From assembly GCA_000934665.2 (NCBI GenBank), contig KZ538189.1, positions 62,001 through 105,504 of the forward strand: a stretch of 43,504 nucleotides of DNA, in the 5' to 3' direction. Of this stretch, positions 1 to 10,166 are shown piece after piece (within the stretch, counting starts at the first letter, position 1; every line of letters starts with the position of its first letter). The notes below the pieces were generated by a model, which saw nothing but the letters and a program-made list of their open reading frames with translations, was not told the DNA's origin and did not search any database. The DNA comes from Catajapyx aquilonaris. Its lineage: Eukaryota. Position numbers and translations under genes: made by a program.

Positions 1-44
1 GAAATATAGACGAAGGAATCTTCTCATATTGATAGATGTCTTAC

Positions 45-98
45 TTGGTCTTCCTTATTGCTTCCAGAGGCATTCCCAGGGTCATTGTTATTTTCCCC
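45..98 (-). CDS. Candidate 54-nt in-frame exon of the K2P channel (M2-M3 cytoplasmic loop), GENNNDPGNASGSNKEDQ
   Basis: Minus strand reads ...ctcttcactgtcttttctgactgtcaaacttcaag|GGG GAA AAT...GAC CAA|gtaaga. It has a pyrimidine-rich acceptor, 18 open codons and a GTAAGA donor, and is phase 0 at both ends, matching the phase-0 donor at 189. No homology support. Confidence 0.4.
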
Positions 99-188
99 CT
101 TGAAGTTTGACAGTCAGAAAAGACAGTGAAGAGCGACACAACAGTGTGAGGACACCAATCATTATTTTAAAAAAGTGACTAAGCTCAC

Positions 189-391
189 CTGAACAGGCAC
201 TGTGCTTCGGACCTTCTTGCATGATCCGGTGTAATACAGCCTCCTCACGAAAGCCCAGAAAAACTTCATTCCTCGAGTCAACAGCTTTCCAAAGTCAGCC
301 AGAAGAATGAGGAAGATAGGTATGCCGAAAAATGCGTAGACGATGGTTATAGCCCTTCCGGTATGGGTTGAAGGCGTGATGTGACCATAAC
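189..391 (-). CDS. K2P potassium channel shared exon: end of P1 selectivity filter, M2 helix, start of M2-M3 loop
   Basis: Acceptor ggatttcag|GT (phase 1) and donor CAG|gtgagc. Translates (G)YGHITPSTHTGRAITIVYAFFGIPIFLILLADFGKLLTRGMKFFWAFVRRLYYTGSCKKVRSTVPVQ, matching the canonical K2P GYG-x-x-x-P-x-T-x-x-GR...Y-x-x-x-GIP pattern. The remainder of the gene (M3, P2, M4) lies left of the window. Confidence 0.93.
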
Positions 392-844
392 CTGAAATCC
401 AGATACATTATTTATATAGTTGCATGAAATGATTCAATGTTCCCAACTGAATTTTCCGTCGGTTCGGGTAGGTGTCCTCAGTCAGCCCCGAAATAGCTCC
501 CCCAACATCTATTTTCAGAAACGAGGCAGAGTACACCCCAGTGGGATCTACAAACCATTCGCTTTATAGGCGGGGAGCACCGCAAGGGACAATTTTACCA
601 CAAATACGAAAACAGCACCTGGGGTACAGGGTGACACAAAATATTTAAAAAAGTGTCGAGCCCAAACTGCCTGTAGATGTGTGAACCGGTTGTCGATGCA
701 GTTTCATAACATTGTGATGTAACGCTTTGTTGCATCGCTTAATTATGCAGCGTATAGGTTGATCCCAATTAAAACGGAGCCAGCCAACCGAGAAAATTCG
801 GAAATATAAAAATAATTATGCCACCCGCTGGCACGTGCACTGAT

Positions 845-852
845 TGACGTCA
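845..852. promoter_or_regulatory. Palindromic cAMP response element (TGACGTCA) in K2P intron
   Basis: Exact consensus match; function not demonstrated. Confidence 0.25.
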
Positions 853-939
853 CTGGCAACCCTTTTGTCCTGATCTTGTTTTTAATCCAGGCCACCGGTT
901 ACGAAACGATTTGTTTGGTAACTGCCCTAATAGACTCAC

Positions 940-1525
940 CGATGGTGGTAACGACTGTGATGCAGTAAACCACGGCGTTCAGGAAGCTCCACGACCTCTG
1001 ACCCGAGTATGAGTTGACCCCTGCGTCGAATGCGTCGTGGAGTTGGTCCTCAAACACCATCAGTTTCCTCCTGGCTAGAGATTTCCAGTCGTCTTCTTCC
1101 AGATTCTGACTCATGTTCCAGAGGTCGTCGATGAAGTTCCGCTTGACCCTTTTGACCCCGCATTTGTAGAAGGACTCGAAGGCTCCTTCAGTGAACCTGA
1201 AGATGATTCCTCCGACACCGCAAAAGGCCATACCCAGACTCAGCATGATCATGCACATCTTGAACTCGCTCTTCAGCAAGTCCCACTGCTCCTTTTCTTC
1301 GTACACGTGTTCCTTCCAGCATCCTCCCATGTTCCCACACCATTCTCGCACCCTCTGGAAAATCCCTGGTCCAGATTCCTCCTTGTCCTCTTTCTTCTTC
1401 TCCTCAATTTTCTCCTGCTCCTTCTCCTTCTTCTTCTTCTCCTTGAAGCTCTGCAGTTTCTCTTGCAACTTCACTTCGTCATCCGGCTCTCCTGGCCAAA
1501 CCCACTCCGACTCCTCTGAAGCCAT
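940..1525 (-). CDS. K2P channel alternative first coding exon (isoform B): K/E-rich N-terminus, M1, cap, P1 pore helix
   Basis: ATG in context aagATGg, with an in-frame TAG 21 codons upstream. Encodes hydrophobic M1 (MCMIMLSLGMAFCGVGGIIFRFTEG), the cap, and WSFLNAVVYCITVVTTI-G. The donor ATC G|gtgagt is phase 1 and joins exon 189-391 to give TTIGYG. Confidence 0.88.
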
Positions 1526-2027
1526 CTTTGCTCCTGAAGGAGTTTCTTCCGGGCCAAAATTAGCTCCAACCAGAGGAGGGCGCCACTATTTTGCAGTGGG
1601 TGTTGGTGGGGAGGGGATTGGGTTAAAAACTTTAGCTCGACTTTGACTGCAGTGGCGCCGCAGACCATGGCCCATCCACTATCGATCCGCCCAAAAACTA
1701 TCCGTCAACACGCGGGTCATCACAGGTCACACTATAACTACCAGTCATCTGAGACAACACACATTAGCAAAGCCACAAAAACGTTCGTTGGAGCGTCACA
1801 AGACATCCAAATCTGATTGACATTTGGAACAACTTTTCGAAAAGGTTTTGGCATTTTGGGACCGTCCTTTTTTCGCGGCCTCAGTATCGGGTTAATTTCC
1901 CACACGCCCTGAGGTGTGGGACACAGGCCAAGTTAGCGGGACAGAAATAACTAAGCGGATGACAAGACTTTTTAAAAAAAACAGATGTAACTGCCCATAC
2001 GGTCCGATCGACTTATTTAAAAAAGGT

Positions 2028-2040
2028 AGGTCATAGGTCA
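2028..2040 (+). promoter_or_regulatory. Perfect DR1 nuclear-receptor element AGGTCA-T-AGGTCA, ~500 bp upstream of the isoform-B ATG
   Basis: Sequence aaaaggt-AGGTCA-t-AGGTCA-t is seen directly. Its position is compatible with an internal promoter. Confidence 0.4.
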
Positions 2041-4237
2041 TATTGGCTAACGATTCTATTAGCTATACTCACTGGATTTTCCAATGGTACTCGATAAAAA
2101 TGAATTGTTAAAGTGCAGCCGTACAGTAGATTGATGAGAATTTATCTGGCACGTTTCCGGACAAAAGGTTTTCTCACATCGGCCTTGACCTGATTATTGA
2201 TCACTTAAGCATGTTCAGACACCATAAAGAGGCGTGTCGACTTCTAGAAAAAAAAAATATATTATATAAAGTTTGCTTTCGCTCAATGGGGGGGGGGGGG
2301 TATCCCCCCAGAGACAGTGTCCTCAACAGAGAATAAGGAATATTAAATAAGGATGAAGACAGCTCCACACTTTTCCGGATTAAGTTATATGACAGTCCCC
2401 ACGCAGAGTATTTTTAGAAACGGGAAATATGCCCTTTGGGAATCGCGTTTCAACTTCCGGCAATTTCACAAGCTTTTTTTTGTTGCAAAGAGTGATATCT
2501 GAAATGAGGACATCCCGTGAAATGTATAGTCCTGAGTGCCGCCGTAGTATAAGTAAAAAATATTTCACAAAAATATTGTGCAGTAAAACCACAAAAATGC
2601 TGGCGGAGCTGTTTGCGTACTCGACCCAAGATTGCAGTATTAATATTTAATTTCGACTGGGAAAAAATAATGTCGGCTTTCCTCGAGTAATTTCAGTCGC
2701 AATGGCTGGGTATAGTTGTTGATATGGCAGGTAAAAATTTTTAATGCACTTGTTAGTCCCCGGGAAAAGGTTTGTTGACTTTAGTCTACAACAACACATG
2801 TGTTTAGTTGGCACAGCAAATATTTTATCAGTGGCCTCTCACCAAGTCGTTTCCACATTCACCGGAATTTTTTTTTTGCTGAAATATACGTTGCTGATAT
2901 ATTGTTTTCTGAGTACATTAAAAGCCGCACTATTTATTTTTGGTGTACTGCACGTCCGTAAAAATGTGCTGCCACGAAATCAATTACCACCCATCCATCA
3001 TTCTTTCTACATATTTTTTTCCCCTCCTTTTGCATGAAGCAGCGATATACCGATATAGACCCGCGCTTGAAATTGTTGGCATGACTAACAAGTACTGTAC
3101 ACTGCAAAAACACGCGTATACCCTCGGCGTCACCTTGTAAAAATTCAAGCTTTGCACAAGTCGAGGTTCGGAACGATGAACCTATCGCGTTGCACAATCA
3201 CATTCCTGGCATCTTCAGAGGCCTCTCTAGACACTCCAGAGGAAGGTCCTTTTCTTATATTAGTACAGAGAGAGATAAAGCGGGTCCGGCTCTTAGTCCA
3301 ACGACGTGGAAATTCCTCCGACGTTTCTCATTAAAGAGGAAGAAACTGCACCGAGGGCATTACCGTTTCAAACGCCTCGCTGGCGACAACACGAGACATG
3401 AGATAATTGAGGCCTAGGAGTCAACTGGCAAGTGCTTTGTCGTTGCCTGCTCCAGCATCACGGTCCACAATAAAAAGGGGGAACACTTTTGGAGCCGCAA
3501 AGTGTCGGACATACACCCAGGAGAAATGGTTCCATGAAACACTGCAAGATTAAATCCGATCTTGCCAGTTTATTCCAGCTGTCCGACTTTGCCCGCAGAA
3601 ATGATGATCTCCTAATTCATGCCACTCAAGCTGACATGAACTCAATTTTTCAGCTTGCAAAACAAGCGTCAAATCCACTCCCATCCGTCACTCACAATTT
3701 TCTGCACCAAAAATGCGCATAAAAAAAATTATTGTTGCGAAACCAGAAGCTTCGAGAAATATTCTGAGTCACGCTTTCCATATATTCCAGAATGTGAATC
3801 ACCTTGTTACTTATAAAGTCAGATGGATCACATATTCACACCCATTTTTTAAAGGATGAGAAATTGGTGAAAACTTTTCAGCAGGAAATTGGCTTCCTCT
3901 GGCGCCATAAATATTTCGGTTCAGACTTCCAGAAAAGACTTTTCGCACTGGACGCCAAAAGTTTTCCTTGGTTTGTTACAGTAGCAAAACTTTGTCTCCG
4001 TACAAAAGATTATTCAACAGAAATTCATTTTCTTACAGGTTGTTTAAAAAATGTGTCTATCGTAGTATATTATTGAGATACATTTTTTTACAACTTGTAA
4101 GAAAATGGATTAGTTTGCTCTTATTGCGTCTAGTCAGATTTATTAAAAACCATTATTTTTTCTTTCTGTTTTTCTCTCTTTTGATATGGAGATTATGAGT
4201 ATATGGCTTAACTAGTGACATCTGAAGCATAACTCAC

Positions 4238-4598
4238 CAATGGTGGTGTAGACGGTTCCGCAGAAGAAGAGACAGTTCCAGAACTCCCAGTTCGGTTTCT
4301 GTTCAGTGCCGGTGACTCCGTGGATAAAACCTTCGTGCAGCACTTTCTCAAAGTCCAAGACGTGTGGTTTGGACAAGATGGCCCACTCAGCCTCTGTCGG
4401 AATCTTCCTTCCCTCGGGAAGACTGAGGTTCCAGAGGATCTGCATCATCTTGATCCTGGCCGTGTCGATGTTCCGTCTCTCGTCAAGCTCGTGAGGGCCT
4501 TCCACTGCGGCGAAAAGGGCCGCCCCTAGTAGCGTGTACAATATCACCACTACGGTCAGGAATATGTGCGTGAACCATTTCCTGGACAACTGCTTCAC
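4238..4598 (-). CDS. K2P channel isoform A exon 2: M1, cap, P1 pore helix
   Basis: Acceptor tgtgtccacag|GTG (phase 0). Encodes VKQLSRKWFTHIFLTVVVILYTLLGAALFAAVEG...WEFWNCLFFCGTVYTTI-G, with the K2P M1 motif Y-x-x-x-GA-x-x-F-x-x-x-E. The donor ATT G|gtgagt is phase 1 and compatible with exon 189-391. Confidence 0.9.
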
Positions 4599-5097
4599 CT
4601 GTGGACACAATTAGTCAAAAATGAAGCACAGTCCGATTAATAATTGCATCGTCCATTTGTGACGCGATTGTATAAGTAAAGAGCATTGGATTTGAAAGAA
4701 ATTCTTGGAGAATGCAATAATGCGCGATTCAATTACTCTGTAGGTTAATTCTCTGCACGTACTATACTGGGATTGTTCGTTTCACTAATCCGCCTTGAAA
4801 ATGCTCATAATCTTTCTCTCCGATGCGTACAGCAAAAGCTCATTAGCAAGGCTTGTCCCATCAAATGCATGTGCTGCAGAATCGGGCTTGCATGCTCTTG
4901 TAAAGCAACTGCGATTTCATTAGGACAGAGATCACGTCTGATTTATACTGCAGATAAGCATCTGATTTTGTGTAATCAATGCAGTGAAAGATTATGAGAA
5001 TATTTTTGTAACGATATATTTTTTCTTACTTTCTATGTTTGCTCTACAACTTATAGAGAAGCGAAAATATTACAGCAAAACCTGCCTGCAGCGTATG

Positions 5098-5537
5098 AAA
5101 CGGAAACTTGTCGACGATGGGAAATGTCTGATATGAACTAAATTACAACAACAACAATGGTAGACCTCACCGATGTATGTGAATATTCTCAGAGAAATTT
5201 GTTATGCAATAAAAATGCTAAACTAATTAAAACAAAATGAATTTCAAATTGCGTATATTACATGATGCAATGCGTGTTTACTATTAAAATATGCGAAGGA
5301 TAAACTATTAAAAATATGCGAAGGATAAAATTTATCCTTCGCATATTTTAATAGTAAACACGCATTGCATCATGTAATATACGCAATTTGAAATTCATTT
5401 TGTTTTAATTAGTTTAGCATTTTTATTGCATAACAAATTTCTCTGAGAATATTCACATACATCGGTGAGGTCTACCATTGTTGTTGTTGTAATTTAGTTC
5501 ATATCAGACATTTCCCATCGTCGACAAGTTTCCGTTT
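5098..5537. repeat. Long inverted repeat: 207-bp arms (5098-5304 and 5331-5537) with a 26-bp spacer
   Basis: Left arm aaacggaaacttgtcgacgatggg...atgcgaaggataaa is the reverse complement of right arm tttatccttcgcat...cccatcgtcgacaagtttccgttt, with no mismatch seen by eye. The spacer ctattaaaaatatgcgaaggataaaa is a near copy of the end of the left arm. Confidence 0.95.
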
Positions 5538-5542
5538 TATCC

Positions 5543-5658
5543 GTTGTACACGAATGAAATTATTGTTCTGGCCTGGGATGAGCGAAAACAAGCACATTTG
5601 ATGTGCTTGTTTCCGCTAATCCCAGGCCAGAACAATAATTATTTCATTCGTGTACAAC
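5543..5658. repeat. Imperfect inverted repeat (~55-bp stem, 3-nt loop) adjacent to the long palindrome
   Basis: gttgtacacgaatgaaat...acaagcacat-ttg-atgtgcttgt...atttcattcgtgtacaac, with two substitutions and a 3-nt insertion between the arms. Confidence 0.92.
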
Positions 5659-7177
5659 TACTATAAATCGAGGCTCAATTTGCATCCCATCAGCGATAGT
5701 ACGTATATAGCAGAGTAATGACCATTTCGTACTGCACAAAAATATTTACAATGACTCGTTCCTAACAAGAACCTTTTCAAAGACGTAGTTATTGTGAAGA
5801 GAAGCACACCCTTTCCCACTCTTATGTGAGAGGCAGCTGGATTAATCTGATAAGAGGGCAAGACCCCTAGCGATTTGTAAAAAGTTAAGCGAGGCAGATC
5901 TATCTCGCCTTGCATTCTTCTCCAGCAGATCTTATCGCGCAAAAGTAAAAAGCTTTTCCCACATGTCTTGCGGCAAGACGTTCAGCGTGTGATTTTTTTA
6001 TATAGCACTAGGTTCGTTTTTTAAAAGGCTTTGTAAGATTTTTTTATTTCGTTTTTAGGTCCATAAAACGTTCGCCTCCAGTCGTGAATCCTTCGTTGCT
6101 AAATGAACTTTTAAAAATGGAACAGCCTAATCTACCTTAACGTACGTAGATCGAAAACCCTTCTGGAAAAGTACGCATAATAATTCGGACTCACGCCAAT
6201 TTAAGCACTAGTACACACAAACAATTATCGGCGTCACTGCGCATGGATTCAATGCACCCGACAGGCCTCTCATTACACTAATGCACCCATCAAGTGGATA
6301 ATATAACTGATGCTAATGCCACCCACTCATAACATGTCACGCCACATACTTTACGATGCATTTGAGCCAACCTATTCCACTTTCTCTGTGAATAAAAAAA
6401 GAGTAAACAAGTTTCTCATTTGCGCTGCCCGAGTCATAATAGGTCCACAAAATAATAATAGTCTCAACTGTATGAAGAACATCGAAGCACATTCAATATT
6501 TTCTACTAATATGTCTAATAATAATTAATATATATCACTATAAAATTACAATAAAATCATGTATGAAGCACCGTGTTTTACCTTCATCTTACATCTATCC
6601 ACGGGCTGCAGGTAAGCCTATAGGTCTATCGTTATGCTGTACTTTTGCCCTCGAATTTCCCTAACTTCGTGCATTATTTCCCAACTGGGATAAGAATAGT
6701 CGTTTCAATCTGCGCTCCTTCACTTTATGATAGAGGCACAAAAAAGGCTATTTCCACACTAAACTGATAAAAATCAGTCTCTTTCCAACATTCGCACCCA
6801 ATACCCTATTTTCAGACCCGATCACCCAGTCATCCGATGCTCATTTTAAGTGACAAATGTGATTAAGTTGGCACTTTTCTGCAAGCGAATATTTCCGCAG
6901 CATCCACTAGAAATTGGGATGTAACACGTACCCAAACAAATCTCCCCAAATCTGAAATAGGAAAAGTTACGACCTTTCCCATTTAGCAACTTCATGGACT
7001 TAATATTTACCAACAAATCTCCTAAAAAAATAATGAAATATTAAAAAGGTGCTACTGAATGACCAATAAGGGCAACGAGGTAGGATGCCAAATAAATTTT
7101 GTTGACTCAACACTAAATATAGTTAGTGATGATACTCATGGCACGTTGATAGGTCGAAAAACACCCACATCACGTAC

Positions 7178-7573
7178 CGTGTTAATAAAATAAAAAGCGG
7201 CCTTCTCTCCAACACTGAGCCCGGACTTGGCCGACTTGACCGTAAAGTCCCTGACTCCTCTAAACTGCGTGAAAATAAACTCCGATGCCCGATGCGGTTG
7301 GAAGTAGAAAGGATGGTTCATCTTGGCCACATCCGCAGGGGTCATCGGAGTGGTCATACCGAATGTGGCTATTGGAGCCACAGGACTCCTGGGCCTCAAG
7401 GGCGATCCGTCGCTTCCAGCAAAAGCAACAGTGTGTCCATCACCACCACCACCACCTTTCTCAATGTCCGCTATTTGCCTGACTGGGGTCAGCTTTATCC
7501 TGGGCGGCCTTTTAGGAGGCGTCGGTTGCAGCAGCTCCTCCGACGCCCTGTTATTCGACGCCGAACCTTCCAT
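7178..7573 (-). CDS. K2P channel isoform A first coding exon (132-aa Pro/Ser/Thr-rich cytoplasmic N-terminus); the exon including 5' UTR spans 7178-7625
   Basis: Strong acceptor ttttggttttgttccag| at 7625/7626, ATG in context gacATGg at 7573, open frame MEGSASNN...GLSVGEKAAFYFINT, and a phase-0 donor ACG|gtacgt matching the phase-0 acceptor at 4598. Confidence 0.78.
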
Positions 7574-9951
7574 GTCCCAAGGACGATCCAATCAGCACTC
7601 GACCACAGGCATTGCTGGACACCACCTGGAACAAAACCAAAAGCACTGCATTAGAACTAGGGGGCTTAAAACAACAGGATGAAAGAGACGCCGCTAATAA
7701 TATTTACACCCGCTGTAAAATCATGCCCCAGCTGTAAATGACATGTCGCGTCGACCAAATCACATTTTAATTCTGATCCGCACACTTGTTTGGGGATTCT
7801 AGCCACATGTTTTTTAGGTTGGTGCAATATTGCGTGCTTTGCCTCCTGTGGTGTGGAATATTGAGCGAGGATCTCACCTGCATGGTTTTCTAAGCAGTCA
7901 CCACAGGTTATTCCGACAGCTATCCTGGAATTCGAGTAACCTGTGCGCCTTTTCTGTCTGCCGGGATATCTAGACCGCAGGCGCAGGAAAATACGGGTCG
8001 CTCATGTGCAACAATCCCTCACTCTGGAAATTATTTCTTGGCGGTTTTTTTTCGCACTTAAAATTTGTATTAGGAAGAAAATCTCTAATTAAAGTACAGC
8101 TGCAAAATGCAATTTACCGCATGCAGTTTCCAATCAAATATTTAAAGAGTTCCTTTTTAACGCACCTGAGAACCGCAAAATGGGTACTGGCATCGATTTC
8201 CTGCCACTGTTCTCGTTATCATGCAGCTTTAATCGTCTGGTCCTATTGCGCACGTGATAGCACTTTTTTTAAGTGCTCAAACCAGGCGGCAAGCACCGGA
8301 ACTATCTTTTGTATTGACGAGAGCAGACAAGTCTCTCCAGCTGGTCCATTAACCGACCTTATTGGACCCTTAGGGGCTGGCCCAGTAATCTGACCCCGAC
8401 CTTGCCTAACATATACTCAAAAGGAGGAAGCGCATTGCAGTAGAGACATCAGGCTGACGTTTTGTAAATAAACAATAACGCGTTCAGACAAATTAGTCGG
8501 CCTTCAGATGAGCCAAATTGTATGCACGTGGCCATGTCACGCAAAAGTGACCGAATTTCGACGAGTTCAAAACCCTCGCAGATCGATCCAGCTTGGCACT
8601 GCAGAACCAACCGCCGTACACGTACCTTGCTGTGAAAAATCACGTGTATCCTTCTTGAGACCACAGCCCTGAGTGAGCTGGCAGGGTTCGGCAGGCACCT
8701 CCGCCCACCTCCGAAAAAAAAATATATTTCTGGTTGATCCCAAATCTGGCCCGGTCTGTGGGCGTAGAAAGAATGGCCCTCCTCGAGCCACCGATTCCTG
8801 CGACACACTCCGACAGACTGGTCGTGTCTAGAGTAAGAGAGAAGAGAGTTGCTCCGGCGCTGGATGCTGCAGCCTTTATGTTGTGTGGGTGTGGCCCCCG
8901 CAAGGTTTTTAAGAGGATGCCTTCTCATCATGTGTGTTTTTTTTAAAGCGGAACTTAGCCCGCCTTATTTCCAGGGAGATATGATCATCCGTAAAATTCA
9001 GAAGCGGACTCCCCCGAAAGTTTCTGGCCTCTTTCCCAGCAGGATTGGAGACGTTCAACTTTGTGAGCGACATTACCTTTAATAGGTCAAGTGGTGTCGA
9101 ACTCAGCAAATTTTGGCTCGTGGAACTAAAGAGAAGGTTACTCGTACGTAAATTGCAAAATTTCCATGTTAATCCACGCGTTTGTTATTGTTTGGCTAAA
9201 GTAGAAAGTAACAGACTTTAGGACCACCCTGTACATCCAGCATTTATAATTCTTCGTAAAACCAAAACTATAATATTGAGGGGTTGACATGGGAAAGAAA
9301 AACATGCCCCAAAAAGAAGAAAAAAGTAGCCTACATTTAAATGCTAAACTCATAAACTGCTTTGATTTGACTTTTCATGCCTTTTTGTAACAAAATCCAA
9401 CGATAAGAAAACTTTTGTGAAATAAAATCTGATCTAAAACTGGCACCTAGCCCATGTAAAAATTTATTTTTGTGACTTACGCCCTTTTCCATGTCAACGC
9501 CTCGATTCGCACATGCTTTTATCAACGTTTAAATGAAAACGTCATGAACTTAAAGCTGCAAGTATGTGCGCTGCCTTAGGCTACATATCAGGCAGTGACG
9601 AAGCGTCTAATATTAATTACGTCGTTTGTATTCATTTACACGGCTTTGCCTGCCAGTTATAGGTCATTTTCATAGGGAATTAGGCAGACGCTAACTAGCT
9701 TTCATTGCGAAGTTTGAGAGGTAAATAGCAATAAAGTTTGGCCGGCAATTATTTCTGCGAGAGCTTAGTCGAGCACCGTGTGCAAGGAAGGATCTTCCCC
9801 AATTAGCTAATGCGGCCGTAAACTTTTCCACTCCAGAGAAACCGTCACTTCGCAATGCCGGATTGCGGTGTCTTACAAAAACCAAGTTTAACCAACGCGT
9901 ACCTGACTTCAATCTTAACAGAAACCAGGAAGAAAAATAAACAAAACTTAC

Positions 9952-10166
9952 TCGCTGCGTGCTCACCGAAGCTCATTATAAAACTCGGTCAATTCCACTC
10001 GAAAAAATTTTCCTCCAAAAGACAGTTTAGATTTGTAAAGAAATATTTTTGGAAACACTGATTCACTTCTCCCGTCTGCTCGTTAATCCCTATGGAATTT
10101 TTACCACCAGTGTGTGAAGTCTCGTCTCCCTGTGGGACTTTCGCCCATACACACAACACCCACCGC
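9952..10166 (-). other. Candidate non-coding 5' UTR exon of the K2P gene
   Basis: Strong acceptor tgttttctttttag|G at 10166 and two nearby donors (TCG|gtgagc at 9967, CGA|gtaagt at 9952). The acceptor at 7625 requires some upstream exon. Splice signals are the only support. Confidence 0.35.

Noticed and set aside
625..633. TACAGGGTG motif resembling Tc1/mariner-type element ends (also reverse copies at 9225-9233 and 29337-29345)
   Set aside because: Only 9-bp matches, no nearby paired terminal inverted repeats and no transposase remnant; insufficient to call a mobile element.
899..939. C-terminal tails of the ORF-track K2P proteins (ESIRAV..., ELCFRCH, VRDVGVF...)
   Set aside because: These are read-through into introns past clear GT donors at 940, 4238 and 7178.
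1191..1646. 151-aa plus-strand Ser/Phe-rich ORF (and 1307-1519)
   Set aside because: Antisense shadow of the K/E-rich K2P exon; low complexity and no independent features.
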